Source of the DNA: Kiritimatiellia bacterium
Lineage (GTDB): Bacteria > Verrucomicrobiota > Kiritimatiellia > RFP12 > UBA1067
Direction: 5' to 3'
Assembly (NCBI GenBank): GCA_050949565.1
Contig: JBMNFY010000017.1
Coordinates: forward strand, 1,024,001-1,088,000
Length of the DNA: 64,000 nucleotides
Made by a program: the position numbers and the translations under genes. Of the stretch, positions 40,204 to 49,323 are shown in pieces (position 1 is the stretch's first letter; every line of letters begins with the position of its first letter). The notes beneath the pieces were generated by a model that was not told where the DNA came from, searched no databases, and saw only the letters and a program-made list of their open reading frames with translations.

Positions 40204-41182
40204 TCATTTTAGGAGAAGCACCGACCCCCACACAAGCCCGTAGCTGAGTCCCGCGTCGATCGCGGCCCGGCGCTGCTCCGGCGAGGCGGGGTGCGGGGCA
40301 AGACCCCAGCGGATCGAGAGATAGTTGGCCACGCCCGCCCGGACATCCGCGTCCGGCGGCGTGTTGAACCCCACGATCTCCGCGATCTCCCCCCCGCCAG
40401 CCGCGATTCCAGGCGGGGCGTCCGGCTGTGCCGCCGAAAAACATTTCGGTGAGATCGGCGGGACTTTCGAAGTCGACGGCGACAACCTGCCACTGCTGCG
40501 GGATGAATTGCTGTGTCAGCGACAGCTCCGCCGCCCCCGGCTCCGTCTGGCGGCTGCCGTCGGAAACGAGCCGCAGGCGCGCCGTTTCCGGCGCGTCAAC
40601 GAGCGTGGCGAGGTCGGCGGCGTCCCCGCGCGTCACGAGCATGAGGGTCTGGACCGTGACCGCCGCGACATTGGAGAAACAGACGGGGGAGACGGGGTTC
40701 GTCGCGTTGCCCGCGAACGAGAGCGCGTTGAGCCTGGGCGTGGCGGGCACGGCGGCGGGCAGGCTCCAGCCCGGCTCGCCGCTGAACGCGGCCGCGACCC
40801 TGGGGTCGGCGGCGAGTGTGGCCTGGAGCACAATGCGGGAGGGTTCGGACTGGACGCCGGACGGTCCGCCCTGCGTCGCGGGCAAGGGCGGCTGCGTTGA
40901 GGGCGAGGCGGGCTGCGCCTGTTGTTGCTGAGCGACCGCGCCGCCCGCCGGCTGTCCGGTGTGCGGCGACGCGGCGGTGCTGTTCACGTTGGTCGGCTTC
41001 TGCGCGACCACCGTGCAATACACGCATAACACGGCCATGATGGCCTTCGTGGAAGGCGGCAAGGTTGCCCAGTTCCGCCATACGTCGCGGAACCACCCGC
41101 GCTCCAAACCGAGGGCGATGAACCAGAGCGTCCACAGGATGCTGACCGTGATCACGCAATAAAGGTATGAAGGAGTTGGCAT
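40204..41182 (-). CDS. Membrane-anchored protein with a LamG/ConA-like C-terminus; frameshift at a G7 run (40389-40395)
   Basis: N-terminal TM helices; deleting one G gives WRGEIAEIVGFN...VANYLSIRWG, a typical LamG-like ending. Confidence 0.55.
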
Positions 41183-41453
41183 ATCCAAATAACGTTAGAG
41201 CTGACTCTGGGCGGCTCTTTCTTGGGCCAGAAGGTGACGACTGCCCCCGCCCTTGCGCCACCTCCACATTCAATCACACGGGGACTCTACTACATCACGG
41301 GCCGATCAGTCAACCCGAAAGCGGTTTCAAACGGCGAACGGCACAGCACGTTGACGGTCTGTCGACTAAAATGATAGAGTCCCAGTGTATCGCAAGTGAT
41401 GTTTCGTATGTTTCTTGGTATGGTGAATCGCTGAAACTATATGGGGGAGAATC

Positions 41454-43463
41454 ATGATGTCATGCTTTTATCGTTGGAGCAGTGTGTTGATCGTTTCTGT
41501 AGGGGCAGTTTTTCTGATCCGCACCGCGCTATGCGAAGCCGTTGTTCCACCGTTGGAACTCATCGCTGTCAGTGATGCGGTGCGCGTGTTTGAAGATGGA
41601 TATGGGTTCACCAACAATCAAAGTCAGGCCCAAGAAATCAACGTATTCGGGTTGCGGAGCGAGACCATCTCAGCGCAGTGTGTCGTGCGCGCGGGGCGCG
41701 ACCTGCCCAAATTGACAGCCACATTGACCCCACTGAAAAAGGAGGGAAGCAATGCCCAAATCCCTGTTGAAAACCTGACTTGGAGGTTCGTGACGGACAT
41801 TCTCGTGTTGACGAATACGCCCAGAATGTGGGTGTCTGACCTGACGCGCCCGGCACCTGCCCGCTTCCCCGACTGCCTGTCTGAAGATCGTCAGTGTGCG
41901 GTGACCAATGGCGCGCTGAAAGCGATTTACCTGACGCTGCGCATACCGGCAGACGCGGAGCCGGGAGAGTACCGCGGTCATTTGAAGGCCAGTTCCGACG
42001 ATGTCGCCGCCACATTGCCCATCACGCTGAACGTGTACCCCCTGACGATGCCCGAACAACGGCACCTGCTGGTGGTTGAGTGGATGTCCACCAGACATTT
42101 TAAAAAGTTTCACGAGGTAGAGTCGGATCAATCAGATCGTTACTGGCAAATCCTGCGGGCTTACGCAAAGAACATGGTCGAACACCGGCACAACACGTTC
42201 AAGATCAGCCTTTCGCTGATTAAAACCACGGTGGATGAGAATGGCAACTACAGCTTGGACTTCTCTGAGTTCGACCGGTATGCGCAGGTTTTTTGGGAAA
42301 CAGGCCTCATGGATGCGATGGAAACCGGCTTTGTGGCGCGGCATGTCCCAGGCGGATGGTATAGCCCTGAAATCAAGATATATGACTTTTTCACGGTCTA
42401 CAACAAGGCCGACGGCAAGGCGCAAAAGGTTCCCGGCGAGGAGTTCTTGGCCAAGTTCCTGCCGCTTTTCGTCAACCATTTGCGCGAGAAAAAGTGGCTC
42501 GACAAGACGTTTTTCCACATTTGCGACGAACCCGCCAACCACAACATTACGCACTGGCGGAAGGCCTCCGAATTTGTACATCGCTGTGCGCCGGAACTCC
42601 GCAGGATTGACGCGATCGAGACGCCGCACTGTCAGGACCGGTTGGAGGTCTGGGTTCCCAAACTGGACCATCTTTCGACGTGGCAGGGCGCCTTCGAGGA
42701 GGCGCAACGGCGCGGCAATGAGCTGTGGTTCTATACGGTGGGCATCTATCAGGGCGGCGCGTTGATGAACAAGACCGTGGACGTTCCGCTGATCGACACG
42801 CGACTGATGCATTGGCTCAACTACCGTTACCAGCTTAAAGGTTATCTGCACTGGGGGTTCAATGCCTGGACCGATGACCCGTGGGAAGCGCCGGGACTGC
42901 ACCGCGGCGACGGTTGGCATGTGTACCCCAAACGGGATGGATTGCTGGATTCATTGCGCTGGGAACAGATGCGCGACGGCCTTCAGGATTATGAATGCCT
43001 GTGGTTGCTGGAAGACAAGATCCGCCAGATCGCGGCGTCGCTCAGCCCGCAGGTGGCCAAAATGATCGAGCCCACCCGGCGCGGTCGGGAGATCGCGTCC
43101 CGCGTTGTGCGCTCTTACACAGACTTCAGCCGCGATCCACAAATCCTCTACGCTGCCAGACGCCAAGCGATCGAAGAGACACTGGCCATGGATGCCGCGC
43201 CCCGTATCATCCTTCAAACATTCCCGCCGGAGCACTCCGTGACGGCACGAAATTGCGCGATTGATGTCCACGGCTGGGCTGAACCCGGAACGCGCCTGAA
43301 AATTAACAATGGTAAAGAAGCGGTGCCCGTGGCAGATGACGGCTCGTTCTTCGCGCGTGCCCATCCTTCACGTACTACGGGAATCGTTGAATTCGAGGCA
43401 GAAAATGCGAAGGGAGAACGTAAAACTTTCAGCCGCTGCTTCCGCCTGCAAACATCCCCGTGA
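41454..43463 (+). CDS. DUF4091-containing glycoside hydrolase-like protein (GH123-related)
   Basis: ICDEP, LWFY, GYLHWGFN, GDG..VYP and SLRWEQMRDGLQDYE motifs. Confidence 0.8.
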   Translation: MMSCFYRWSSVLIVSVGAVFLIRTALCEAVVPPLELIAVSDAVRVFEDGYGFTNNQSQAQEINVFGLRSETISAQCVVRAGRDLPKLTATLTPLKKEGSNAQIPVENLTWRFVTDILVLTNTPRMWVSDLTRPAPARFPDCLSEDRQCAVTNGALKAIYLTLRIPADAEPGEYRGHLKASSDDVAATLPITLNVYPLTMPEQRHLLVVEWMSTRHFKKFHEVESDQSDRYWQILRAYAKNMVEHRHNTFKISLSLIKTTVDENGNYSLDFSEFDRYAQVFWETGLMDAMETGFVARHVPGGWYSPEIKIYDFFTVYNKADGKAQKVPGEEFLAKFLPLFVNHLREKKWLDKTFFHICDEPANHNITHWRKASEFVHRCAPELRRIDAIETPHCQDRLEVWVPKLDHLSTWQGAFEEAQRRGNELWFYTVGIYQGGALMNKTVDVPLIDTRLMHWLNYRYQLKGYLHWGFNAWTDDPWEAPGLHRGDGWHVYPKRDGLLDSLRWEQMRDGLQDYECLWLLEDKIRQIAASLSPQVAKMIEPTRRGREIASRVVRSYTDFSRDPQILYAARRQAIEETLAMDAAPRIILQTFPPEHSVTARNCAIDVHGWAEPGTRLKINNGKEAVPVADDGSFFARAHPSRTTGIVEFEAENAKGERKTFSRCFRLQTSP

Positions 43464-43481
43464 TCGGCAACACAACCGGGA

Positions 43482-43576
43482 CTCTTGCAAAACCCTTTGC
43501 TTGCAAGTGTGGCACGGGCATCTTGCCCGTGTGTTTCATGGGCGAGACGCCCATGCCACGAGGCGTTTTGCAAGAG
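43482..43576. mobile_element. MITE/REP-doublet-like element with 12-bp perfect terminal inverted repeats
   Basis: ctcttgcaaaac...gttttgcaagag enclosing cacgggcatcttgcccgtg and catgggcgagacgcccatg hairpins. Confidence 0.6.
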
Positions 43577-43710
43577 CCTCAACCGACAAAAAAACAGCGA
43601 GGTTGCTTGCACTGCCCAACGATTTGTTGTAAAAAGCAAGTGAATCTGGAGGGAGGTTTGGGTCGGGGTGTGTTCACGCCCTGAGTGTTAGCAAGAAGAG
43701 GATCTGAACC

Positions 43711-44246
43711 ATGGATACAGAATCTGACCGTCCGCAACGCGATCAGCATCCCACAGCAGATGCATCGGCAATGGAACAGCGAACAGACTGCCCATCATGC
43801 GGCAATGCCGTCTCCGATCCAGTCATGCCGTCTCCCCCTCCTGTACCACAAACATCGAGCGAAATTATGTTCTGCCCGAAATGTGGACAGCAGAACCTGG
43901 AAAACAACTTCAGATGTACGCGCTGCGGGTTTGTCCTTCACGACCCCGCACAGCCGCAATATGTCGTCACGGATGACAACACGCTGGCGGGCTGATCCCA
44001 TACAAGAATGTGCAAGCGTTATTGGCATACTACTTGGGGGTCTTCTCGCTTATCCCATGTATCGGCATTCCCCTCGGAATAGCGGCGCTGGTACTGGGAA
44101 TCAAAGGTCTGAAGTATGCCAAGCTTCATCCCGAAGCCAAGGGTAAAGCGCACGCATGGGCAGGAATTATCTTGGGCACACTCTGTGCCGTCGCCTATAC
44201 CCTGCTGACGCTGATCGTGGCGTCGGTGTCATTCATGTTTGGATGA
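43711..44246 (+). CDS. Zinc-ribbon + DUF4190 membrane protein; 1-nt deletion near 43988
   Basis: CPSC, FCPKCG...CTRCG; adding one G gives TLGGLIPYKNVQALLAYYLG...GKAHAWAGIILG. Confidence 0.75.
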
Positions 44247-44279
44247 TGGATGTGTCCAACTAACAGAAAGGAACGAGAC

Positions 44280-44638
44280 ATGTACTGCAGGAAATGTGGC
44301 ACACAGAATGATGACAACGCACACCTGTGTATCAAGTGCGGCGAGGTGCTTCAGCAGATCGGTGGGGCAGGCGACCCTCCGGTGAAAATTCCCAATTACC
44401 TCGCGCAATCCATTCTGGTGACGCTGTTCTGTTGCATGCCGCTTGGCATCCCCGCGATCATTTTTCCGCTCAGGTGAACGGTAAGATTCAGGCGGGCGAT
44501 ATTCCCGGTGCGCTGGAGGCGTCTCGCAAAGCCAAGGTTTGGGCCTGGTGGTCGTTCGGGATCGGCCTCATTTCATCGGTACTCTATGCCATTAGTGTAA
44601 TCGTTGGCATGTTCGTCGAAACCGCAGGTGCCCGATAA
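44280..44638 (+). CDS. Zinc-ribbon + CD225/dispanin family protein; 1-nt deletion in the T-run at 44461
   Basis: MYCRKCG; PNYLAQSILVTLFCCMPLGIPAII(FS)AQVNGK...GA.EASRKAK. Confidence 0.8.
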
Positions 44639-44639
44639 A

Positions 44640-45023
44640 TTGGTTCGAGAAAAGAAACGCTCTCTGGCGGCGCTCATCATTGGGGGGGCAGTCGCCTTCA
44701 CAGCACTCTGTGTCTTGTACGCCGTCAACCCCTCAAAATCGCAGCTGTTTCCGCCGTGCCCCCTGTATCGGTTGACCGGCCTGTACTGCCCGGGTTGTGG
44801 TTCGCTACGGGCAACGCACTCGCTGCTTCACGGAGATCTTAAGGGCGCGCTCGGCATGAATCCGCTGATGGTTCTTTCCTTGCCCATCCTTGGCCTTCTT
44901 TTGATGCGGCCGCGTTGGGCATATTTACGGTGGATGCCGTGGGCCGCATTCGTACTTCTGGTCGTCTATGGCGTTGCCAGAAACATCCCGATGTGGCCGT
45001 TCACCTTGCTTGCGCCAAGATGA
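44640..45023 (+). CDS. DUF2752 membrane protein
   Basis: PCPLYRLTGLYCPGCGSLRA and ARNIP motifs. Confidence 0.88.
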   Translation: MVREKKRSLAALIIGGAVAFTALCVLYAVNPSKSQLFPPCPLYRLTGLYCPGCGSLRATHSLLHGDLKGALGMNPLMVLSLPILGLLLMRPRWAYLRWMPWAAFVLLVVYGVARNIPMWPFTLLAPR

Positions 45024-45026
45024 CGT

Positions 45027-46358
45027 TCAGCTAATTTCGCGCGCAGTGCGGCGGGGACGGCGGCGGCGGGAGCGGCGGCGCGTACCGCTGCTCTCCTTTT
45101 CAGCATCGCGCGGCGCGTCCGTGTCGTCCCGCGTTTCGCGCTGTGCGCGCTGGCCCGCCTGCTGCGCGTACAATGCCTGCCACTCATCGAGACAAGAGTG
45201 ATCGGCCTTCTCGGCGGTCAGCAGGATACGCTGGAAGGCCAGCGCTTCCGGAAAACTCGGGTGAGAAAGAAAACGACGGCCGCGTCCTTTGGTCGGCGAG
45301 TCGGCGAACCGGCGCGGCACGTCCATCAATGCCTGTGCCGTGTAGAGCGTGGCTTTGGGGATGTGCAACCGCTGCGTCACGGTGTGCAGTGCCCGACGCG
45401 CGACATGCTGCCGGTTGACGCGGCCATTCGGACTGCGCCGTTCCTCCTGCCGCAACAGGCTGAAAAAAAACGGGTAGATGAGACAGGCGAGACGCACGCC
45501 GTTGGAAAGCTCCTCGTTGGCGGCATCGGCATCAAGTGCGCCCAGATAGTCCCAAAGCGGCGACTTCTTGCCGCCCGATTCTTTAATGTAGGCGTCCAAC
45601 TCCGGCAGCAGATCACCCAGCAGTTCATACTCCCACAGTAGCATGAACGCGGCGCGGGACGAGCCGAACGTAAAGAGGCGAAAGATCTCCTCGCAGAGAC
45701 GGGGCGCAGAGGCCTTGAGAATGTCGGCGTGATGTTTCAAGATGGCCTTGCTGCTGGCGCGGTCGACCGTGAACCCCAGACGCGACGCAAATTTGACGGC
45801 CCGCATCATGCGCACCGGGTCTTCGCGGAAGCGGATGTTAGGATCGCCGATACACCGCAACAGCCGCTTCTCAAGGTCTTTCAGGCCGCCCACATAGTCG
45901 ATCACAGAGAAGGTTTTGATGTCGTAGAAAAGCCCGTTCACTGTGAAATCACGGCGCTTGGCGTCCTCCTCCGGCGTGCCGAAGGTGTTGTCTTCGGTTT
46001 GGTACAGGCCGTTTTCACTCTCCACTGTATCGGGCTGACGCCGGAAGGTGCTGGTTTCGATCACCTTGCGTCCAAAGACGATGTGTGCCAACCGGAAACG
46101 CCTACCGATCAGAAAGCAATTGCGGAACAGGCGGCGGATCTCATTTGGCCGCGCATCCGTTCCGACATCAAAATCCTTGGGCTGGCGGCCGAGCAACAGG
46201 TCGCGCACGCTACCGCCAACAAGATAGGCGACGTGCCCGGCTTTTGCCAGGCGATAGAGCACTTTCAGTGCGTCGGGATCAATGTTTGAGCGTGAAATAC
46301 AGTGTTCAGCGCGTTCGCAGATCACGGGCGCGTCATTACGTTTAAAAAAAGGAATCAT
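45027..46358 (-). CDS. pcnB: Poly(A) polymerase I
   Basis: VGGSVRDLLLGRQPKDFD, PAP signature LIGRRFRLAHI, RRDFTVN, EDPVRMMRA; Arg-rich tail. Confidence 0.9.
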   Translation of the reverse strand: MIPFFKRNDAPVICERAEHCISRSNIDPDALKVLYRLAKAGHVAYLVGGSVRDLLLGRQPKDFDVGTDARPNEIRRLFRNCFLIGRRFRLAHIVFGRKVIETSTFRRQPDTVESENGLYQTEDNTFGTPEEDAKRRDFTVNGLFYDIKTFSVIDYVGGLKDLEKRLLRCIGDPNIRFREDPVRMMRAVKFASRLGFTVDRASSKAILKHHADILKASAPRLCEEIFRLFTFGSSRAAFMLLWEYELLGDLLPELDAYIKESGGKKSPLWDYLGALDADAANEELSNGVRLACLIYPFFFSLLRQEERRSPNGRVNRQHVARRALHTVTQRLHIPKATLYTAQALMDVPRRFADSPTKGRGRRFLSHPSFPEALAFQRILLTAEKADHSCLDEWQALYAQQAGQRAQRETRDDTDAPRDAEKESSGTRRRSRRRRPRRTAREIS

Positions 46359-46497
46359 CGTGCAAATCGTTCGTTCATGTTTACAACAACCGGGCAAGTA
46401 TGACAAAAAGCCCCCCCCGAAACAAGTTGGTTTCTGGTTTTGACTTACCACCGCGGTATCGCGGTTTGACCGCGCGTGCTTATTGAATCGTAAGGCA

Positions 46498-47025
46498 CTA
46501 ATTTCCCCAACGGCCGTTGTGCACGAAATCCGGATTGAAGCGCGTACGGGGCGCAGGCGTTTCCGCCGGTCGACCGATGGAGATCGCGGCGATCGGCAGG
46601 ATCGCCTCGGGCACACCGAACAGGCGGCGAATACCGGTCACGCGGTCTTCGTTCGGGTGGACACCCAGCCAAACCGCACCGAGCCCAAGCAGATGCGCGG
46701 CTATCAGCAGATTCTGGACGGCGGCTGAACAGTCCTGTAACAGGTAGGAGAGTTCTTGGCGATTAGCCTGCGCCTGATCGCCGCAGACAATGATTCCGAG
46801 AGGAGCGTGACGGAGCATCTTGCCGTACGGCAGCAGGTCCGCCAACGCATCGAGGTCCGCGCGCTCGCGTACCACTAGAAAGCGCCACGGATCGCACGCC
46901 CTGGCGGACGGCGCGGCCATCGCAGCCTGCAGTAGAGCGCGAAGCTCATCATCACTGACCGCCTCGCCTTGACGGTAAACGCGAACACTGCGCCTTTCTA
47001 AGAGGGGAAGAATCTTATCGTTCAT
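46498..47025 (-). CDS. Nitroreductase family protein
   Basis: RRSVRVY, AAMAAPSA..PWRF and GLGAVWLG motifs. Confidence 0.9.
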   Translation of the reverse strand: MNDKILPLLERRSVRVYRQGEAVSDDELRALLQAAMAAPSARACDPWRFLVVRERADLDALADLLPYGKMLRHAPLGIIVCGDQAQANRQELSYLLQDCSAAVQNLLIAAHLLGLGAVWLGVHPNEDRVTGIRRLFGVPEAILPIAAISIGRPAETPAPRTRFNPDFVHNGRWGN

Positions 47026-47291
47026 AGGTCACTCCTTCTTTCATTTTCTGTTCCAAACGATCATAACAAAACCGCCCCAAAACGCAAATTGCAGATTGCG
47101 GCTCTTGCACCCCGCACGTGGCATGGGCGGTCCGAAGCACACGGGCAGGATACCTGTGTCACATGAAGGTTCAACCCTTTCCAAAAAAATAACTGAATGG
47201 TGGACATGACGCAGAGGCGGAAATATGCTTTAATAGCTACGCTGAACTGGATAGAAGGCCCGCAGACAAGTTGTTAAGTACGGGGGATAGC

Positions 47292-48083
47292 ATGCACATT
47301 GTTGTTTGTGTCAAACAGGTTCCGGATACGACGAATGTCCGTATCAATCCGGAGACCAATACGTTAATGCGTGAAGGGGTGGAAAGCATCATCAACCCCT
47401 TCGATGAATTCGCTTTGGAAGAGGCGCTCAAGCTGAAGGATGCCCACGGTGCGCGCGTCTCGGTCGTCTCGATGGGACCGCCGCAGGCGGAGGTCGTGTT
47501 GCGCGAGGCCATGGCCCGTGGCGCTGACGATGTGGTGTTGCTGACCGACCGTGCCTTTGCCGGCGCGGATACGCTGGCCACCTCGTATGCGATCTCGCAA
47601 GCGATCAAGAAGATCAACGCGCGGCCCGATCTGGTGCTCTTCGGAAAACAGGCGATCGACGGCGACACCGCGCAGGTGGGGCCCGGCGTCTCGGAGTTTC
47701 TGGGCTACCCGCTCGTCACGTATGCCAAGTCGATCAAGGTCGAGGGCGATACGTACACCGTCGAGACCATGATGGATGAGGGCGTGGACGTGATCGAAGG
47801 GAAGCTGCCTGCCGTGATGACCGTCGTTAAGGAGGCTTCGACGCCGCGCTTCGCCACGCTCAGCGGCTGGATGCAGGCCAAGAAGGCCGATATCCCGCGC
47901 TGGGGGGCGAAAGATGTCAATGCGGACCTTACCATGTGCGGGCTGGATGGATCGCCCACCAAGGTGGTCAAGATCTTCGCACCGCCGGTTAAGACTGGCG
48001 GGACGCGCATGGATGGCCGCGAGCAACCTTCGGCGGCGGTTGACGCGATCGTGAAACTGTTGCAGGAAAAGGGAGTGGCATAA
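47292..48083 (+). CDS. etfB: Electron transfer flavoprotein beta subunit
   Basis: VCVKQVPD, GADTLATS, GKQAIDGDTAQVGP and GSPTKV motifs. Confidence 0.93.
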   Translation: MHIVVCVKQVPDTTNVRINPETNTLMREGVESIINPFDEFALEEALKLKDAHGARVSVVSMGPPQAEVVLREAMARGADDVVLLTDRAFAGADTLATSYAISQAIKKINARPDLVLFGKQAIDGDTAQVGPGVSEFLGYPLVTYAKSIKVEGDTYTVETMMDEGVDVIEGKLPAVMTVVKEASTPRFATLSGWMQAKKADIPRWGAKDVNADLTMCGLDGSPTKVVKIFAPPVKTGGTRMDGREQPSAAVDAIVKLLQEKGVA

Positions 48084-48085
48084 TT

Positions 48086-49288
48086 ATGGCAGACGCACCG
48101 ATTTTCATTGATCCCGAGAAGTGCCGGGGTTGCAAGAAATGTATTACTGCGTGCCCGTTCGACGCGCTTTACATGGAGGGCAAGTTGGCGGTGGTCAAGC
48201 CGGACGAGTGCCGCGCCTGCAACGCCTGCGTTAAAGCCTGTCCGTTCAAAGCGATTGTCTCGACAGCGGCCGAGACCCCGAAGGCCGACCTCAGCGCTTT
48301 CAAGGGCATCTGGGTCTTTGCTGAGCAGCATCAAGGCAAGGTGCAGGAGGTGGCGTATGAGCTGCTGGCCACAGGCCGTCGTTTGGCCAAAGACCGTGGT
48401 TGCGAATTGGCGGCCGTGGTGTTGGGCCACAACGTCAAGGATTCGGCAGCGCACCTGATTGCGGCCGGTGCCGACAAGGTTTATATGGTCGATCAGCCCG
48501 AACTGGCTGCGTACGAGGCGGATGTCTACACCGACGCGCTCAACCAGTTGATCGCGAAATACAAGCCTGAAGTGGTTCTCGCGGGTGCCACGGCGGTGGG
48601 GCGTGCCTTCTTTGCCAAGGTGGCGGTGCGTGCGCGTACCGGCCTGACGGCTGACTGCACGGCGCTGTCGATCGACAAAGAGAGCTATCTGTTGCACCAG
48701 ACCCGTCCGGCGTTTGGCGGCAACATCATGGCTACCATCATGACGCCCAACCATCGGCCGCAGATGGCGACGGTGCGTCCGAAGGTCTTCAGGATGGCAC
48801 CGCCCGATCCCAAACGCAAGGGCGAGACGCTGATCGAGGCGCTCAAGTTGGTCGCCGGCAACACGCGCATCATCAAGACCGAGCGCAGCTCATCGAGCGT
48901 GAATATCGCCGAGGCCGAAATTATCGTGGCCGGCGGACGCGGCCTGAAGAAGGCCGAGAATCTGGAGCAACTCAAGCGTCTGGCCGACTTGCTCGGCGGC
49001 GTCGTGGGCGTGTCGCGCGCCTGCGTGGATGCCGGCTGGATCTCGGCCGCGTATCAGGTGGGGCAGACCGGTAAGACCGTGTGCCCGAAGCTCTATTTGG
49101 CGTTCGGCATCTCCGGCGCGATCCAGCATCTGGAGGGCATGCGTGGAGCCGATACGATTATTGCGATTAACACCGATCCCCATGCCGCGATTTTCAATGT
49201 GGCGGATCTCGGGATCGTAGGCGACCTGTTTGAAATCCTGCCGATGCTGATCGAAGCGATCGAGGCAAAACACAACGGCGCGAAATAA
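48086..49288 (+). CDS. etfA: Electron transfer flavoprotein alpha subunit with an N-terminal 2x[4Fe-4S] ferredoxin
   Basis: CRGCKKCITACP and CRACNACVKACP; TGLTADCT, QVGQTGKTV and GISGAIQH motifs. Confidence 0.93.
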   Translation: MADAPIFIDPEKCRGCKKCITACPFDALYMEGKLAVVKPDECRACNACVKACPFKAIVSTAAETPKADLSAFKGIWVFAEQHQGKVQEVAYELLATGRRLAKDRGCELAAVVLGHNVKDSAAHLIAAGADKVYMVDQPELAAYEADVYTDALNQLIAKYKPEVVLAGATAVGRAFFAKVAVRARTGLTADCTALSIDKESYLLHQTRPAFGGNIMATIMTPNHRPQMATVRPKVFRMAPPDPKRKGETLIEALKLVAGNTRIIKTERSSSSVNIAEAEIIVAGGRGLKKAENLEQLKRLADLLGGVVGVSRACVDAGWISAAYQVGQTGKTVCPKLYLAFGISGAIQHLEGMRGADTIIAINTDPHAAIFNVADLGIVGDLFEILPMLIEAIEAKHNGAK

Positions 49289-49323
49289 GTCAGGAAACCG
49301 GAATTTTTTGGGGAGAAGGCATT

